Under the pieces are notes generated by a model, which was not told the DNA's origin, made no database searches, and saw only the letters and a program-made list of their open reading frames with translations. Source: Tubiluchus corallicola (Eukaryota; Animalia; Priapulida). From it: DNA of 64,000 bases. Position 1 is the first letter of the stretch, and the number at the start of each line of letters is the position of its first letter. Positions 50,996 through 63,682 of the stretch are shown here, in pieces. Location of the stretch: assembly GCA_030141605.1 (NCBI GenBank), contig JAQGDQ010000014.1:992001-1056000 (forward strand), in the 5' to 3' direction. Position numbers and translations under genes: made by a program.

Positions 50996-52365
50996 TCGTA
51001 ATGTTGGGTGGGGGACCTGACTTCAGTTGTTCACGTGAATTTAAACAAGGCTTTGGTTCCTTAAGTCGCTGTCCAGGGAGTCTACCAAAACTCACTCGTG
51101 GTCCCTGAGCAGAGAGGTAGGCGTCAGCTTTCTCTGCTACTTCGTCTACATCATAGATAGCATTCTTTTTCAGCCATAACGTCACCTCATTTGGCAAAAC
51201 CGTCATAAGGTGCTCATATACGACTAAGTCCAATGCCTCTTGTTTAGTTTTTACTGACATAGCTGTAGCCCAATTATTTACTGCTTGACGCAGACGAACT
51301 ATGGTCTGTTTACACGTTTCATCACGCCGTTTAATCATTTCACGAAAGACTAGTCTGTAACTCTCTGGAGTTATCATGTAGGCATCCAAAATGGCCGCTT
51401 TTACTTTAGGATAAGACCTTATATCTTCGTCGCTGATAAGTTGAAAAGCAAGCATAGCTGGCTTTCCCTGAAAGGTGAGGTGCTAGGTACCCAGACATGC
51501 GCTCTTCTGGAATACCATTCACTTTGCAGGATTTCTCATAATACATCAACCACTCAAGAATGGACTCTCCTTCTCCTTCCTTAAAAGGACGCACTTTCCA
51601 GATCTTGGACGACGGGAAACCTAGAGAAGACTGCTCACCAACTGAAGACACATTAGCACCTGGATTAGAGTGTTCCATTCTCTGTAATTCCAAGTCACGT
51701 CGCTTCTGTTCTTCTTGGGCTTTCCATTCTCTTTCTCTTTCCTTTTCTTGTCTGTCTGCCTCACGCTCATGTCGACGATCTTGCAATTCAAGTTCTCTTA
51801 TCTGCCATTCTCGCTCGCTTTCTCTCAGCCTGTCTTTGTATCTCATTTCTGCTTCAACCATCCGGTTTCTTTCCAACTCCCGGATTAACTGTATTTTCTC
51901 ATTAGGTGGAAGGCCTGTTAAATCATAACCACTCGATTGATTGGCTTCATCCGTAACAGGGGTTGCAAATGGTTGATGCATTGATAACTCTGGTATACTG
52001 AAACTCGGGGATGGTTGGGCTAGAGCTGTTGAGTCAGATATAGCTCCACTCGCAGCTCCGCCCACATTTATTGTATCTAGTAAAACATTGCCTGCTGTTT
52101 CACCTACATTGTTATTATTTAGCTGTACAGGTGAAAATGTGTGCGTGTGCTCGGTATGTGATTCAGGAGCTTCAACTCCTGACTCTTTTTGTAATTCTTC
52201 TTGTTTTTGTAGTATTGCATTAGTTAACAAATCACGCCTTTTAGGCAAACCCTTCATGCCTAACTGCACTATAGCAAATGCACGTAAGTCTGCGAACTGC
52301 ATTTCATCAAGTTGTGCGGGGGTTTTTCGTTGATATATCGTCCATACTAACACTGAACTGCACAA
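50958..52365 (-). CDS. Gag (frameshifted) with coiled coil and SCAN-like capsid region
   Basis: ORF 51406-52365 (charged coiled coil, WLMYYEKSC...APHLSGKA) continues after a frameshift in ORF 50958-51455 (YPKVKAAILDAYMITPESYRLVFR...WATAM...LVVYEHLMTVLPNEVTLWL...EVAEKAD). Confidence 0.85.
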
Positions 52366-52698
52366 TACTACAAATCAAAATCACACACTGTCACAACCAA
52401 AACTCACTACACTTTCACCACAAGTAAACTATCACCAAATCTGGATAAACCTGTAAACTCACTTCACCACCAAAACTCCAGACTCGGTAACAAAGTGGTA
52501 ACACCACGAAATAGCTGATATCACACCGGGCTAAGACTATCGCTGTATACAATCAACTATCACACAATTTATCCCAATCACAATGTTGTAATAATTACTG
52601 CAAGACCGAGGAAGATTATTGTACCAATCTCAAGTACTGTCTCGAATATTTCCAATGTTAACAAAATGAATACGATCTGAACAAAATTAAACTAACAC

Positions 52699-52716
52699 AT
52701 CCCACCGCTGCCACCA
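52699..52716 (-). other. Primer binding site complementary to the tRNA-Leu 3' end
   Basis: Minus strand TGGTGGCAGCGGTGGGAT, 1 nt from the 5' LTR; complementary to ATCCCACCGCTGCCACCA of eukaryotic tRNA-Leu. Confidence 0.85.
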
Positions 52717-52717
52717 T

Positions 52718-54136
52718 TGTAACGATCTGTCGTCTGGGGGTAGTTTGTTTGATCGAAGGTAGTCGCTGGGTAACAATTTGACTGGCCTGACCGAGCTAAA
52801 GGGGCGACCAATCATCTACCCGTTAGCTCCAGACAGTGGCGAGCTTATAGGCAGTCTACGGGGGGCCTGTCTATTGAGCAGAGTGGTTCGGGTGTGGGAT
52901 GTGCAGTTTACTTTGCTTGGAATAATCTGTTGTACTCACTATGATAATGCAAGCGACAAGCGACGATATGTAGGCAATTAATGCACAAACAATCAAATTG
53001 CATAAATATTGTAATAATAATTATTAAGCAAACAAACAAAAAATGTATGTAAAAGAAAACACTATCATTATTCAAACACTAATTTAACTAAGTTTGAATG
53101 TGCTAAATATTACGGTATCTACTTACAGTAGACTTACACTATCAAGTCGCTAAACAAACAAATAAATTGGCATATAATGCACAACAGCTAAACCTAACTA
53201 AAAGGGGTACCTATTTGCCTAACTACATGCCACCCCAAATGATGTAGTCCTCGCTAGCGCTACGATGATCAACCGGTATTATCACGCTTAGAAAAATACA
53301 CCACGGAGGTTGCGTAGTACTACTAAGTTTAACGTAGGGCGCCTCTATGATGAGGTTGCAGCTCAGCGTCTATTAGTATCACTACCAATTTCTTGAACAG
53401 CGAGGAGGTTAAGTCCAGCTTCCACGCAACTGCTAACATCAGATAAGCAAATACTAAATCGTGCAACTTACAGTCTCTGGGTTGTTACCGCACTGGGGGT
53501 GCCTCGTCACCTCAAACATGGATCCGCCTCTCAACGGTTTGTCGGTACACCAATAGCACTTCCCAACAATACGAACACAGCAATGAGACAAAGTCTTAAT
53601 TGTCACCAAACTTTGTGGAAATCGCTACCACCAAAAACATCTGTCCACTCAGTTGTCCAATGGTTTCAGACCTCATGAACAAAGTCACCATACGTTATAA
53701 CTGACTACGTGGACAATACTACTTGCACGTCATATCAGTCTACGTGCCGTACCTGGAGTAAAGTTGCTGACCTCTTTTTGATACCTGCGAGAGCAGACGT
53801 AGGCATAGGTATACGCTGGCTTCCTACAGCTATCATTACAAGCGATTAAACTGGCCCTCCCGCAGTACTTACTAACCTTGGCTAATGGCTATAGGCTATA
53901 GAAAAGATCTTTTTAATGCTAATGTTATTTTACTTCCACATTTGAACAAAAGGTAGAATACATAATGATATGCACAGCATAAAAGAGTCAAAAGTGAGTA
54001 GAGTTTGTGTTTTCTTTCCTAACTCTGCAACTGGGGTGATCAACCAACTGACAGACCAACTGGACAAACAGCACACTCACATGACGCAAGCCACTGCACG
54101 AGTCCATTTATGTGGGAAGATGAAATGGACGTTACA
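52718..54136 (-). repeat. 5' LTR (1419 bp)
   Basis: Copy of 45751-47163 with a 7-nt duplication (aagcgac) and a G-run one base shorter. Confidence 0.95.
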
Positions 54137-56249
54137 CCTAGATTGGTTGACCCCTGAACATGCTAGGAGTAAAAACCGAAAGTGAAGGTCGGAGAGACGG
54201 ACGCTTTCATTGTGAAGCAGCAGCAGGTTCTAATACATCAGATGAAAGGCATCAATGAGATTAATTGAGCTCGAGGTCACAGATTAATGTAAGAAGTTCC
54301 AATTTTAGTATCTTACAGTACGTGAAACGAAAGGCTTTGATGATGTGAACTGAATGGTAGAACCTAAACCTAGGTCAACCATTGATCCTACTAGCGGGCA
54401 AAAACTGAAATTACGGGTCAAGGATACAAATGCCTTCAATGTTAAGCAACAGTAGCTTGCAGTAAATAAAACGAAAGGTCTTGTTGAGACAAAGTGAATG
54501 CTGTATGTTGACCAACTGGTTCAAAGATGACAAGCTTCGATTTCATTGAAACTGTTAATGTCAAAGACAACCGTATTTATGTATGTAGAGTATTTTCAAT
54601 TATTTAGAAAACCCTTTTTATTTGCAAATGCAAAATAAAAGTTGTCACTTAAAGCATCTTCTGTCACTGGCACAGAAGCAGAATCCTAGCACAGTTTTTG
54701 ACATAGTAAAAAACGAGCACTATTTAATTTCTTTTTAATAAAAGACGATTTAGTAGAATTCTAGTGAACAAGAATAATAAATGCTAGTACACGGGTACTA
54801 GTAGGCGTAGGATTTATTAAAACAAACGAGAATAAAGGCAGCCATAATTTGTAAAACTTGAACGCTACATTATTCGGCATGGGAGTCCATATAGATAAAC
54901 ATGGCTATTGACTGAGGCATTCATTATCACAAGCCCATCTAAGCTTGGTGCAAATATGTGACTGTAACGCAACTTTACGCACTAGACTGGTGAGACTAGA
55001 GTAGGGACAATTAATGAAAGCTCCCACAATTAAGAAGCGAAGAAAATGCATTTTACATTTGTAAAGTGCAAAATAGGTAAACAAATCACTGTAGTGGAAA
55101 AACACTCTATTCGTTCTTTATGCAACTCTCGTAAATAGCGGGGATGAAACAAAAATAGATCGCAATATCACAGTTATTTTCATAGCTGCTTGAATATAGC
55201 TGCTGTGAGTTAGTGCACATTAGTATGACGGCAAAGGAAAAGAGGCTGTAATGCTTGTAGCCGCCACTAGGTGGCCCTACAAAAAACTCTCTATCCAGCT
55301 TGTAGAAATACTCTACCTGGCATCTGCACGGTTTCTATTACACAAGAAAAAACATTAATATGAGAATTTTAATGCTGGTACAGGACTATTGGAGTATTAC
55401 CGTGATTGCTATTTGAAACTAACTCGATTCTTTTGTTACAGCATTTACTGGAAGTGAGAAATGACTGCAGTAGAACCAATGAGATGATGCCATGTGGACC
55501 ATACTCTGCAAATTTATCGTTGTAATATCACATAGGCCTCTAGCACCTGCGGGCATACGTTGGGACATTAATTGTGGTTCGTACATGATTAATGACCCTT
55601 ATTACATATTACATGCAGGCAAATAGAAGTTGTCGTATCCAATAATACGACGCCTGTCCATCACTGCACCCTGGAGCCTAATAAACTGTAATGCAATGTT
55701 AACTTGTATTTACTGAATGAAAGTTAACAAGTTAATAACATGACGTCTGTCCATCATTGAACCTACAGCGGATGTTTAATGCTAAAATTAGATATTATTT
55801 ATTTTGTGGATTCACACAGGCCTTGAGGGTTAACTAGAAGACGACATAATAATTGAAGTCGACTGTACATTTCGAAAGCAAACTTACAAATAAGAAACTT
55901 TAGATTAGATTAGTAGACGAAGATTAGTGAGAAATATTCGCGAAATATCATTATCGCAACGAATATATAAAAAGCTCCACACTTCAAACTAAATAAGTCC
56001 ACGCACTAAAATTAAAGTTATAGGGTACTACAGTAACGAAACAGTTGGATTCATTCCCTTAAAACCAATAAAACCAACTAACTAATTCATCCCAATAAAA
56101 CAGAAAGGCTAGTTTGGTTAATTATTTATGTAATCGCACATATTATATGCCCGCATGTCTTCCTCGACGTACACTAGTGGGACATCCTATCTATACTGAA
56201 TTTCCACCCTTTTAGTCTGCATGTACCAGTTACCAGTAAATAAGCAATT

Positions 56250-57300
56250 GCTGCGCTTTGGACAATAATGATCTTACGCAAGATATTTTTCGCTAAGCAC
56301 TCAACATTTTCACATGAGAGGCTAAGTTACTCTTGACAAAACTTACTAAGACTTTCGATAAAATCTGGCACAAAAGCCTACTCCACAATTGTAGGGCACA
56401 TATGCAGCCCTGGATTAACCATTATGCAAAATAAGATCATGCTTAGGGATTCTGGGGAAGAGGGCTTCACAGAGTTTTTTGAAATCAAATAATTACCTAA
56501 AAGTAAAATATATCGGAATATGTGGAACATCTTCTCTGTTTGTTTACAATATGACGGTACGGATTGGCATTGAGCTTCTGGCTACTCAGCAGGCTAAGCG
56601 GCTCATTGCCTACATTCGATGACATCGATTATATAATATATTTTAAGCGTAGTAGTGCTTTTAAAAATGTGGTGATACTGAAAACAGGATAACGTTGTTT
56701 TTGACTGTATGTATTTTAGCACATGGTGGTGAAGATGACTACGTGACTGTTATAAATAAATCTTACTGCAAGTTTTTTTCACTTCGAAAGATAGAATTTC
56801 ATTTTACATTTTATTCTGAATTACACATATATGGGGCACCGCAATAATACCAGTGCTTAGGGCCTCTTGAGATCTCAATCCGATCCTGATTATGTGGGAA
56901 TAGTTAGAAATACGTCGTCTCTTATACAATCACATTTCTATAGTCGAAGATTACGAGAAGCAGTTCCCCCTTTGTTCATAATAGGCTACACGTATTCACA
57001 CATCTACCAGTTACTGTAGTTTCTAAGCTTGCCATTTATGCTGATTCTGCTACTCCAGGTAGTAGTTTCCACAATGCCATTGGTGGAACTGCACGACTGG
57101 ATAACAAGTCCATTAGAAACAACTTACTTGCCTGGAAGGGATTATGAATTGGCTCTGAACTGAAGCCAAATTTAGTTGCCACGTTTAATGCTAAGAAAAC
57201 GGAGCTTGATCACAGGAATGGCTCAGAATACATCTAAAAAGTGGAGCGCCTGTATTTTGTTCAGAAAATGTCTAATTCCTGATGCGATACTGCAGGTACA
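56250..57300 (+). pseudogene. Highly decayed CR1-like RT fragment interrupted by a MITE
   Basis: KTFDKIWHKSLL (about 56348-56385), then after the MITE GIVRN..., LAIYAD and ATFNAKKT. Boundaries approximate. Confidence 0.5.
56405..56888. mobile_element. hAT-type MITE
   Basis: TIR cagccctggatt ... aatccgatcctg, with internal gcttaggg(c) motifs. Confidence 0.55.
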
Positions 57301-57697
57301 TCTGGGGCTGTAACCTTAACCTAACTGACGAATTCTCAATCTGACTCGAAATCAATCAATAATCTGTTGTTCATCGAAGAGCTGCGGCTAGAATAAAGAT
57401 CAAAATATAGTAAACTGTTGTCTAAAAATCATTCTGTTTCCTTTAAGTATCATGTATTGCTCCTTTGGAAAGTGTTCTCCGAATCCGTGTTTTCCGGTTC
57501 TTAAATACCGGTAGTTTGCTCATTGTTCTTGTCTGGCTTGCGACTTTTTTGTCTGCTTGCTTGCCACTGTCCTAGACATACCTCTGAATGACCGTTGACC
57601 TTGACCATCACCTCGTCCTAGAGTTGCCTCATACCAAAGGTCCTCTGTGAGTTTCGTGACCCTAGCCTTGTGCGTGAGCAGAAACAAAAAGGGGGGA

Positions 57698-57766
57698 ACA
57701 ACAATAATAATAATAATAACGATAATAATAATAATAACAACAACAACAACAACAATAATAATAATA
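57698..57766. repeat. (AAT/AAC)n microsatellite
   Basis: Direct reading. Confidence 0.9.
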
Positions 57767-58149
57767 GCCGGGGGTACATCAAGAAGATTCTGCTGTATTT
57801 CGTGAGATTGAGTGACAAATTCAGAAACTAGAGATCAAAATATGAAGTTTTGAAAGTGAACAGCGTTTGCGACCACTTCTGAAATCAATCAACACATTTT
57901 TGCTGCCCAGTGCTGATGTTTTTTCTTCACGCCCTTTCGAGGTAATAGGAAATTGTAAATTTTGTTTTATTTATCGTTTATTCGTATATGTTCATTATTC
58001 GTATAATTTTTACACTGTATTTAGATTTCGTGTCTTTTAATTCATTGGTGCTTCAATTCATTCACTTTTTATTCACTTTTTGTTCTCGAGGCTGTTACGA
58101 GTTTAAATTTTGCACAGACTATGTTTCCACATGAGCTTAGACACAGTGG

Positions 58150-58668
58150 TAAAAAGCCCAAAGATAAGAGTCGTTACTGTGAGTTAATGTTTTTTCTTCT
58201 CCACTTCATATCGAGATAGGTAATGTGCAGCCCAATAACACATCTATATGGAATCATCCAATTATGAATAAAGATTTACTCGGATGAGCCCATAAGTCTT
58301 CATAAAGCTTATACAATTACCTACTGGCTAGTTTGGGTGGGTCCAATGTTTGCGGTGTCTATTTGTCTTTTTATAAATTAATAATGCAAAAATACATGCA
58401 ACCTTTTCAAGCTCCAGAGCGACAGTTGCGAAAATGAGATTGCATGTTGCATGAAGTCGCATGAAACTGCGCACAGGACTATACCTGTAAGATTGCATGT
58501 CTGCGCGCCCGACTTTGGTGTACCTGTAAGACTGCATGTCTGCGCGCCCGACGTTGGTATACCTGTAAGAATGCATGTCTGCACATCCGATTTTGGTGTA
58601 CCTGTAAAATTGCATGTCTGTGCACCCGATTTTGGTACGCCAGTAAAATTGTTTGTTTGCGCCGGGCC
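58150..58668 (-). mobile_element. 5' end of a decayed PIF/Harbinger transposon: TIR, 39-bp subterminal repeats and transposase N-terminus
   Basis: Minus strand TAA|GGCCCGGCGCAAAC terminus at 58668, then the repeats, then frameshifted KKTNRHRKHWTHP, LYKLYEDLWAHPSK and IGLHITYLDMKWRR. These match the Harbinger transposase 'WVHP...LY.DLR.HP.KF...HIT.QDT.WR' pattern. Confidence 0.6.
58482..58662. repeat. 39-bp minisatellite, about 4.6 copies
   Basis: tacctgtaagattgcatgtctgcgcgcccgactttggtg units start at 58482, 58521, 58560 and 58599, with a partial fifth. Confidence 0.9.
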
Positions 58669-60734
58669 TTACGAGATTTTCTTCTTGCTAATTAATTGAA
58701 TCAAAGTTTTGGAAAGCCTTGGAAGTTCAGCAAAGATTTGCTGAAAAACGTTTGAACATCTGTCGATGTTTTACAAATCACTGAAAGATGTACAAGCATA
58801 CCGAACATAGTAACCTTATCCAAGGTGTAGATTTCAGAAAAATATGCCCCAGCCGCGGAAACTACAAATTGAGCATTTTCAGAGCATAATAGTTAGAAGA
58901 TCCAGCAAAGAGATATGTGTTATAAAATTGTTATAAGCAGATAACACATGAACTTAAATGAACACAAATTTTTAAGGTTTAAGCGCTATGAGCTTAAACT
59001 GGCCCTGAAAATGCAGCTAGACGCTAATCAACGGGACAGAGAGTGAGAGAATAAAAGAGGTGCAAGAAGTAGAAAAAGAGGGGGAAGAGTATCGAATTCG
59101 GTTCATGCACCATACCTGAAAATAATTATGATACACTGTAATCGATAACTATAATATAAAAGTTACTTAATTAGAATAAGTATGAACAGAATGTGCAGGA
59201 AAGCCTCCTGTTATTCTGATGGTGGAAACTCTCTTAAATAACGCTCTTTATGGACGTTAAATTTTCTTGTACAAAACAGTGTTGTTATGGATATGTGCAA
59301 TAAAACAAGAAATTTCTATACCTACACATTTATGAGCTTAGCTCGTAAAAAGCCTTTCACAAGCGTGAGAATCCGGTTTTACGCAGGCGCGATACCAATA
59401 TACACCAAAATCCTGATATAAACAAAATATAGCTAAAAGTGTGTAATAACTAACTGAAAGACAAGCTTCAAATTTCTCTTGTTAATCCGGAAAAATTGTC
59501 TAACGCGTGCGTTCTTACTCTTCTACTTATTGCTAAAAATGTCGTCAATTATTATCAACTTATCACTACTGGTTTTGATATAATCCGACATCTCTCAGAA
59601 TAAACTCCAACAATAGGCAGGTTAAATTACTGAAACCACGAGGACTTCTAATCACATCATTGAGTTCTGAGTGACATGAGATGGGGCATCGTTTTCTGGA
59701 GTGTTTATTCAATCTTTTGCCGTAAGTTTTGGCAATTCAAACTTAAAATATATGATGACAATACACGTTTTTGTGTCTGCTAATATCTGAAATAAAACTA
59801 GTTTGTACATCACGCTGTGTAGTCTTAGCTAGGGGCAATGACGTCAGTGTTTTTTATAGTTCCTGTTATATATGTCAGCTATGCCCCAGGTTAGTTTCCA
59901 AAATATCAGCCTGCCTAGAATAACCAAGTACCTACAGTGATTGTTTTACTTTGCGCACCTGCAAGTTGCAACAGAATACTTATGGGTATGGCAATCCTTG
60001 ATCATTGATTAACAACCTTCCTTTTATTGTTGACACGCGGTAGCTCATTATTTGAACACACATAGTACAGATTCTCGTGGGAATGTCAGGGGTGCCACAT
60101 AATTGCATGTTTCGAAGCCTGAAAACAGTCGATAAAGACGTATCGTGCGGCGAGTCCTTCAAGGTCTTGTTGGTTTTGGACGGAATCTAAACCCGTGCTT
60201 ACAACTAAAATGATTAAGTAAAATAAACACATTTACTTTAGATACATTCGAGTTTATTAAAATTTACGGCACGATCTAACGTTTCGTGTCAAAAGACGGT
60301 CCACGGAATTATTACAGGTGAAAAGTGGTGTTTCACAGGGAGATCACAGGGATTAGTGGAAAAGGCGAAATTCAGCATAATACACACGACGAAAGCTTCT
60401 CTCATTAACACAGAAATATATTATTATATTTCTAGCTTAGTTAAAAAGATTTATTATGGCAATTTTGGCTAAATTTCAAATGTTTACTAATAATTGCTGC
60501 ATTTGTTTTGCGTTTACATAACCATCTCTCTTAAACCGTTGTAACGTAAGATAAAGTAATGTTGTGACTTCAATTTCTGCTCCTAAATGTTTTTTAAAAC
60601 AGTTTGTTATATTGTTCAGTTATGAATCGAATAATTTTCACGAAATCTCGGAATTACGTGAACCCGTCCGTGTAAGGTTAGACAGTGCAGGTTACACGGA
60701 TGTAAGGATACATTTTCATTCGTTTGTCTGTAGC

Positions 60735-61119
60735 CAGGGCCGGATTATGATTTTGGGGCCTCTAGGCTAATAAAATTATGGGGCCCTGTCAGACGGAGCC
60801 ACCCTCTAATTTGCTCGCACTCGTTTCGAACATTTTTACTAGTGATATATTTTAGCAGCATTTGCACAGCTGGAGCCCCCATATTTCAAATAAAGGGTTT
60901 CGCAGTATCTCAAATAATGGGCCTAAAACAAGGGCCCTTAGTCTCAAATAAAAGGCCTCAAACAGGGATGCTTTACTTCAATTGAGGAGCCACTTTAAAT
61001 TGGATTTTCGGACTTCCTGGTCTCCTTTTTTTAAAGTCAGCAATGCAAAGTTTGCCCCCCCCCAGCTTGAGGGGCCCTAGGGTGCAGCCTATACTAGCCT
61101 ACAGGGTTATCCAGCCCTA
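60735..61119. mobile_element. hAT-type MITE
   Basis: TIR cagggccggatt ... tatccagccct(a). Subterminal ggggcc(c)t motifs at both ends. Degenerate 8-bp flanks tctgtagc / cttttagc. Confidence 0.65.
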
Positions 61120-63487
61120 CTTTTAGCCTATATGTGCATCACGATAGACAAATTGAATATGCAATCTTCGTACATCTTCGTACAGCTTGTTCGCTTCAGC
61201 GTCATTATATAAATACAGTTTTATGGCCTCAGTTTTCAACAGTGTGGATTTCTTATAAGATACTTAAGCGACACACATTAGGAATGTTTTTTCAACCTTG
61301 TTGAAACTGAAAACTTTATTATTACAAGTCGGGAGCTGACCAGCAACTGGAAACCACGTGTATTAAGTGCTTAAAGCCAAGCTCATAGAAGCTCTTGCTG
61401 AAGTCAAACTCATATGAATTTTGCGAGGAAAAAACTCTAGTAAAAATACTTTACTGTTACAAATCATTCCCGTTGAAAAATTACTTTAAAACTTGTTAAG
61501 AAGTGTGAATATGACCAACTCTAAGTTACTTTATATAAGAATTGTTGTTTGTTAAGCACTGACACCACGCAATTACACTTGAAACGAGCGAAATATCGTG
61601 GTGCGTGCGAAGATAATCCCATTTGAGTGACAAGACGTCGTTTATGGGACCGTTCTATCATTTTACGGGAAAAGACATTAGTTGTTATGGCCGCGTAAAA
61701 GCAGCGTGGTGTGCAAAGAAACCAGTATCTTGAAACTCTGCGACGTTAAGTTGTAAACAGATTTGCATCTTTTATTTCCTCAGTGGTTTCATGAAACATT
61801 GAGGCTGCTTTGCACGCTGCAATTAGGTAATAGTTTTGGGCAAAATTTTTCGGAGTTTGCGGGAGCTTAGTGGGTGAGTAGCAATCTTGTGCTAAATAGA
61901 ACCAACGAGAGAATGATAGAGACAAGAAATGAAGCAATTAATTACTGTTGTTGTTCCGGTCTGATAATCGTTTTGGAATTCAAAAGATTTCGATGTACAA
62001 AACAAAAGAAAAACTATTAATTAGTAAATTAATATACGAACAAATAGCTGGCAATGTTTCTGGTAAGTCACCGACCATGCAGGTCTGAATTCTCATCCCT
62101 ACAGAAGACGTAACCAATCCAGGCTTGATTTCTCCATTAGGTACAAACTTAGATAGTTAGAGCAAGTGGGAGTCATCGATTGGTCCCGGGTTCAAGGCCT
62201 GATGCATTCAAAGCTTTTTGATATCACTCTCAATATCACAAGAAATTTGCCTTAAAGGTGATTGTCTTTAACATATTCATTCATATTTCATACTCCTATT
62301 CATATTTACTAGTGCCAAAAATACATACAATACGAGAAAAAACAAGACATACATACAATTTAAATTTTGAAATATACTGAAAAAGCAGACAAGCAAAACA
62401 ATTAATGGTAAAATTACTGATAACATAAACGATAAGGTTTATTAATTATGGGTAATCACAGTTAAAACATTTCTATGAAACAAAAATTTGGTGCATTTTT
62501 TATAAATGTGCCGTCAGACCCAAGCAGAATTACATAAATACCATTATACACGTAATAAGAGCTGAGGCTTGGCACAATAAATCACACCTAAAGCGCAAAT
62601 TCACAAAGATTTATTTCAAATCATTTTACAGCTTTTGTGAGATTTTCCCGCACCAAGATACATCATTTAAAGAAAACGAAGCGATTTATATAAATTTAAA
62701 CTGATGTCGCGAGATTTCTTGCAAAAACCAGACCGTATGTGACGTCAGCTTGAGTCTAGAATGACACCTTTCATTTCCTGCAGGGTGAATAGCATTAAAT
62801 GAAGATCGCTAATTATAGTAATTACCACAGAGACCAATCCAAATAGCTGACATTCTACGAAAAGCAAAAGGTTTTACGTTTATTTTGTTTTGTTCTTTTC
62901 GTGATGTATTAAACAACTCCTACTGCTTAACAAAATAATGCTGAAGCTATTCCATTCTGTAAAACAATGCACAGAAAGTAATAGGCCTTACATTTATTCA
63001 CATACTGATGCGGAATTTCAAAAGAATTAAAATGTGGACGCTGCCCATTGAAACAAGTTTTATTAGCATTTGCATCACATAAATACCCTTGTTCTCAATT
63101 TTTTATCTAGCCCAATTATACACCATACTAGAAGCCCGGCTATCTTGCAGAATGCAAATACCAGCGTAGCCATGTATGTAAAACCGACTATAACGTAACC
63201 CACTTACTTCTCGTTGCAGAACAACGCCTTCTCGCCCGCAAAGATTTTTCTATTTTTTTTAACAACGCCTGCCTTACGGGCGCCGTAATTTTGCATCAAA
63301 ACAAACAATTTTTCGACAATCTATTGGCTGATGTACCACGACTGATTCACGAGTTGCTAAAGTATGCTTAGACAAAATGCAACTTAATGTGCTATACACA
63401 ATTTTCGCCTGTATCTGAAAACACCGGTATTTATAATTTAGGAGAAGACGCAGTTATCATCAGTGTTCTATCGAAAAAACGTCCTGG

Positions 63488-63682
63488 GTTGGGTGGCCGA
63501 ATAATTTAGATTTCGAACTGCAACCATGCAGTTCTGACTTCGAATTTAGTGACTACCAACGTCAGGCCACATACCCTACATATTATTCGTCGTTTGTGTG
63601 TTGCGTTCTTACCTGTTTAAGTGTATCGCTAAATAGCCATTACTGCTAATGTTGTCTGTTAAATGAGCGACGGTAAATAAAT
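63488..63682 (+). mobile_element. tRNA-derived SINE, copy 2
   Basis: A-box-like ggtggccgaataatt, degenerate B-box acttcgaatt. Tail gctaaatagcc...gctaatgttgtctgttaaa...ggtaaataaa is shared with 29045-29267. Confidence 0.6.

Larger units (their letters stand above)
45751..54136 (-). mobile_element. Full-length Gmr1-like Ty3/Gypsy LTR retrotransposon (gag-PR-INT-RT-RH)
   Basis: Near-identical LTRs 45751-47163 and 52718-54136 (TGTAACG...CGTTACA). TSD CCTAG at 45746-45750 and 54137-54141. PBS and PPT present. Gypsy-type RT with the integrase placed upstream of RT. Confidence 0.95.

Noticed and set aside
47691-52333. Multiple + strand ORFs within the LTR element
   Set aside because: Antisense shadows of gag/pol; no env-like or other recognisable domain.
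57324-57356. Hammerhead ribozyme (ctgacga...gaaa)
   Set aside because: Stem II pairing is poor and I found no stems I or III.
58482-58662. CRISPR-like array or repeat protein (ORFs 58328-58615, 58451-58699)
   Set aside because: Head-to-tail 39-bp units with no unique spacers, in a eukaryotic context. The ORFs are a by-product of a unit length divisible by 3.
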